From: Vicugna vicugna
Lineage: Eukaryota
Length of the DNA: 64,000 bases
Reading direction: 5' to 3'
Assembly: GCA_013265495.1 (NCBI GenBank)
Contig: MU058009.1
Coordinates: forward strand, 4,220,739 to 4,284,738
Position 1 is the first letter of the stretch, and the number at the start of each line of letters is the position of its first letter. The notes beneath the pieces were generated by a model. That model saw only the letters and a program-made list of their open reading frames with translations. It was not told the origin of the DNA and made no database searches. Shown piece after piece: positions 61,491 to 64,000 of the stretch. A program made the translations under genes and the position numbers.

Positions 61491-61869
61491 CTCTCAGACC
61501 CGCCCTTCTCCTTCCTCCTCACACAGCCAGCAGTTCAACCCAGGCCCAGACATCACTCGTAGAACTGATTTCTCTGAGTCCAGTGTCTGTCATGTACTCC
61601 CTCTGACGCACTGTCACTGGCTTATTTTGCTTTAAGTATATTAAATATATATCTATATCTATATCTATATGGCATTTCCTTTTTTAAACAATTTCAAATG
61701 CTTGCCATTACCTCTGGGACAGAGTTGAACCCAGGGCCTGGCCGGCCAGGCTGATCCGTAATCCGGCTCCTGATCTGTCATTGACCTGGCAGCCCGTGCT
61801 TCCTCAAGTCAGTTAGCATTTATCGACCGTCTGTTCTGTGTTGATGGGACACACGTGTTTGCCAAGCAC

Positions 61870-62075
61870 ACACAGTATTCACACTCACTAAGTCCTTCAC
61901 CCTGGGTGGAGCTTCTGTAAGTTTGCTTCATAAACTTACTCCTTAAATCCTCAAAGAACCCCGTGAGGTTTGTGCAGTCGGCTTCATCGCATCCAGAAGT
62001 GAGGCACAGAGAGGTGCGGGCACTGGGCCAGGGCTGCCCAGCTCGCACAGGAGAGCGCGGGGTCTGGACCCCTGC
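61870..62075 (-). mobile_element. MIR SINE
   Basis: aatcctcaaagaaccccgtgagg...gaagtgaggcacagagagg. Confidence 0.55.
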
Positions 62076-62789
62076 CCTCTGGTGCCTCGGGCGCTGAGTA
62101 GACTTTGTCCCTCCGCCTTCATCATGCATCTCTGCGCCCACGTCCGTGCCCGGGCCTTTCTGCCCCCCCCGCGCAGGCTCCCTCTGGATGGTCATTTCTC
62201 ACTGTTGATCCCAGGCAGACTCTTTGCCGAAAAGCCACTCTGACACCCACCCGCGTGCCCCTCCCCCTCGCTAACCACAGAACCTAAAGTGTGTGCGTTC
62301 TAGCGTCAGTCACACACAATCCTGTGACGAATGGTGCCTTGTGAGTCAACTCTCCAGGGTGTTTATATGCACTGCTTCCCCAAACAGGTGGTAAGTTCCT
62401 GGAGGGCCAACAGAATGTGTGCACTTCAGCATGTCGTTGGGGTCCCTAACCCACAGCTGTGCAGGTGGCAGGCGTTCACCCGCTGTTTGTTGAGTGACTT
62501 TCGGCCTGCCTCCTCCAGGAGCCATCCTCCCTGACAAGCACGCTGGCCACCAGACGTCTGAGTGGTAGTACTTTTCTCACATCGCCTCCTCTTCCTAGAG
62601 CGCCATTCCTCCTCGGAGCCGATGGATTTTACTTGCCTTCCGGGGTGTGGCTCGGGGGCCTCACATCCAGGAGCCTTCCGTGACATCCATCTCCAGGCTG
62701 CTGAAGCCCGCCTCCTCTGCATTTGCCCGACGCCTTCTCTCCTATGTCACAGCGCGCTGAAGGGGGTGCGTCTGTGCCTAGTTGTGCAT

Positions 62790-62920
62790 CGCTGGACTAT
62801 GAGCCTCTCGAGGACAAGCGCTGTGTCTTATAGCGTCAGGTCCTCAGTGCTGAGTGCAAGGCTGCCATCTGGAAGTGCTCCGTGAATGCTGGTAGAGAAT
62901 GAACGAGTGGGTCAATGGAT
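62790..62920 (+). mobile_element. L2 3' end
   Basis: gactatgagcctctcgaggacaag...gtgctccgtgaatgctggtagagaatgaa. Confidence 0.5.
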
Positions 62921-64000
62921 GAAAGCAAACAGAGCCGTCCTGGCGTGTCTGTAACGGCCTGCCTGGTGAGACCGGGTGAGACACAGAGCGTGTCCATGGA
63001 GACGGTCCTGTCTCAGTTGGCCAACACTTTCTGATGGATGTGGACTAGCTAAGACCATAGCGCATCCTTGTCAGTTCAGTTTAATTTTAAACACCGACTG
63101 TGTGTCAGCAGTCGCCACCTAGAAGATGATGCTTCTGATCCCCTAGCATCTCAGGCACCACGCCAGCTTCATCCTCGTAATTGGGACCACACCTCTGGTC
63201 AAACCGCCTCCGCTCTGTTGCCCGAGTGGTCCGCCTTTCAGACTCATCCAGGGGCAATTTGCCACCTTCAAGCCGCACTCTGAGGCAGGGCTGAATGGCC
63301 AGCAAGCTTTCACCGACTTCTGCTTCACGAGTTGCATACTTTCCAGCGGTCGGTGGAGGGAGACAGTTCTAGATGGTTCTCCCAAGCATGAGGTGTGATC
63401 GTCTCATTTGATATACTTACTGTGCTGACAGCGCTGGCCCAGGCTCCCGGCTCCTCGGCTGGGGGACTGTCCATTGTTCTCCAGTGTATGATTAGCAGAT
63501 TAGCGTTGGTGTAAGAAGCCAAGAAAATGAACTCCCAGTAGGCCCTTCCAAAGCAAGAGCAATTCATTACCCAGCCTGATTTCCGCTTAAAATGTACTTT
63601 ACGCACACTTCCAACTACAAACACTAAATCACCCCGTGTTCGCAAAGTCCATCATTTTTTATTTTATTGCACGGCGTTGGCGTGACATAATCCCTCGCAG
63701 AGCGTCTCGGAGTGCTTTACAGATCAATAAATTACTTACCTGCGGAGCTGAGGCGATCTCCGCAAGGCCATCAGAGCAATTCTGCAGGCCGCCTGTCCTC
63801 TGGGAAACAAGCAAGGCCGGGCGGTGCCAACGGGGTGCGGATCAGGGCCACAGGCATGATTGCGGGTGGGGGCGGGGTTTCAGGAAGTGCATGTGCCAGT
63901 TAAAACTCCGAGAATGAAAGACTTCAAATTAAAATGACTCTAGAATTCGGAGAGCTTAGGCATTTGGGTCTTTCAGACAGTCAGCAAATCAAGTGTTCAG

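Larger units (their letters stand above)
1..64000 (+). other. NTM: NTM intronic sequence on both sides of the exon; the neighbouring exons appear to lie outside the window
   Basis: The exon has splice sites on both sides. No ORF in the track encodes the preceding segment or the following Ig2 segment (VSPKIVEISSD...). IgLON genes are known for very long introns. Confidence 0.85.

Noticed and set aside
1..64000. Hundreds of 60-270 aa ORFs in the six-frame track (e.g. 51300..52097, 56281..57018, 28939..29556)
   Set aside because: They overlap on all frames, are Pro/Gly/Arg/Ala-biased or low complexity, and show no recognisable domains. This is expected from stop-codon scarcity in GC-rich intron, and several run through repeats or N gaps.

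Overview
Mammalian genomic DNA, almost certainly from a camelid: it carries three tRNA-derived SINEs of the vic-1 type, and I saw no Alu, BovB/Bov-tA, PRE-1 or CHR elements. The window lies inside the very large neuronal IgLON gene NTM (neurotrimin, + strand). The only protein-coding sequence I can support is one 233-bp internal exon (16438-16670) encoding most of Ig domain 1. The rest is intron: old mammalian repeats (MIR, L2, MER5, MER20, MER81, MER91A, MLT1), L1 3' ends, camelid SINEs, microsatellites and two G/C-rich minisatellites that each contain an assembly gap. The hundreds of long ORFs in the track are by-products of high GC content. I found no evidence for a new multi-gene biological system. 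The best leads are a canonical-spacing REST/RE1 site at 42411, a strong AT-to-GC shift in repeats and in the exon suggesting GC-biased gene conversion, an intronic CpG island near 56.3-57.2 kb, and AT-rich homeobox-motif islands that may be conserved enhancers. Repeat family names and boundaries were assigned by eye from remembered consensus sequences and are approximate.
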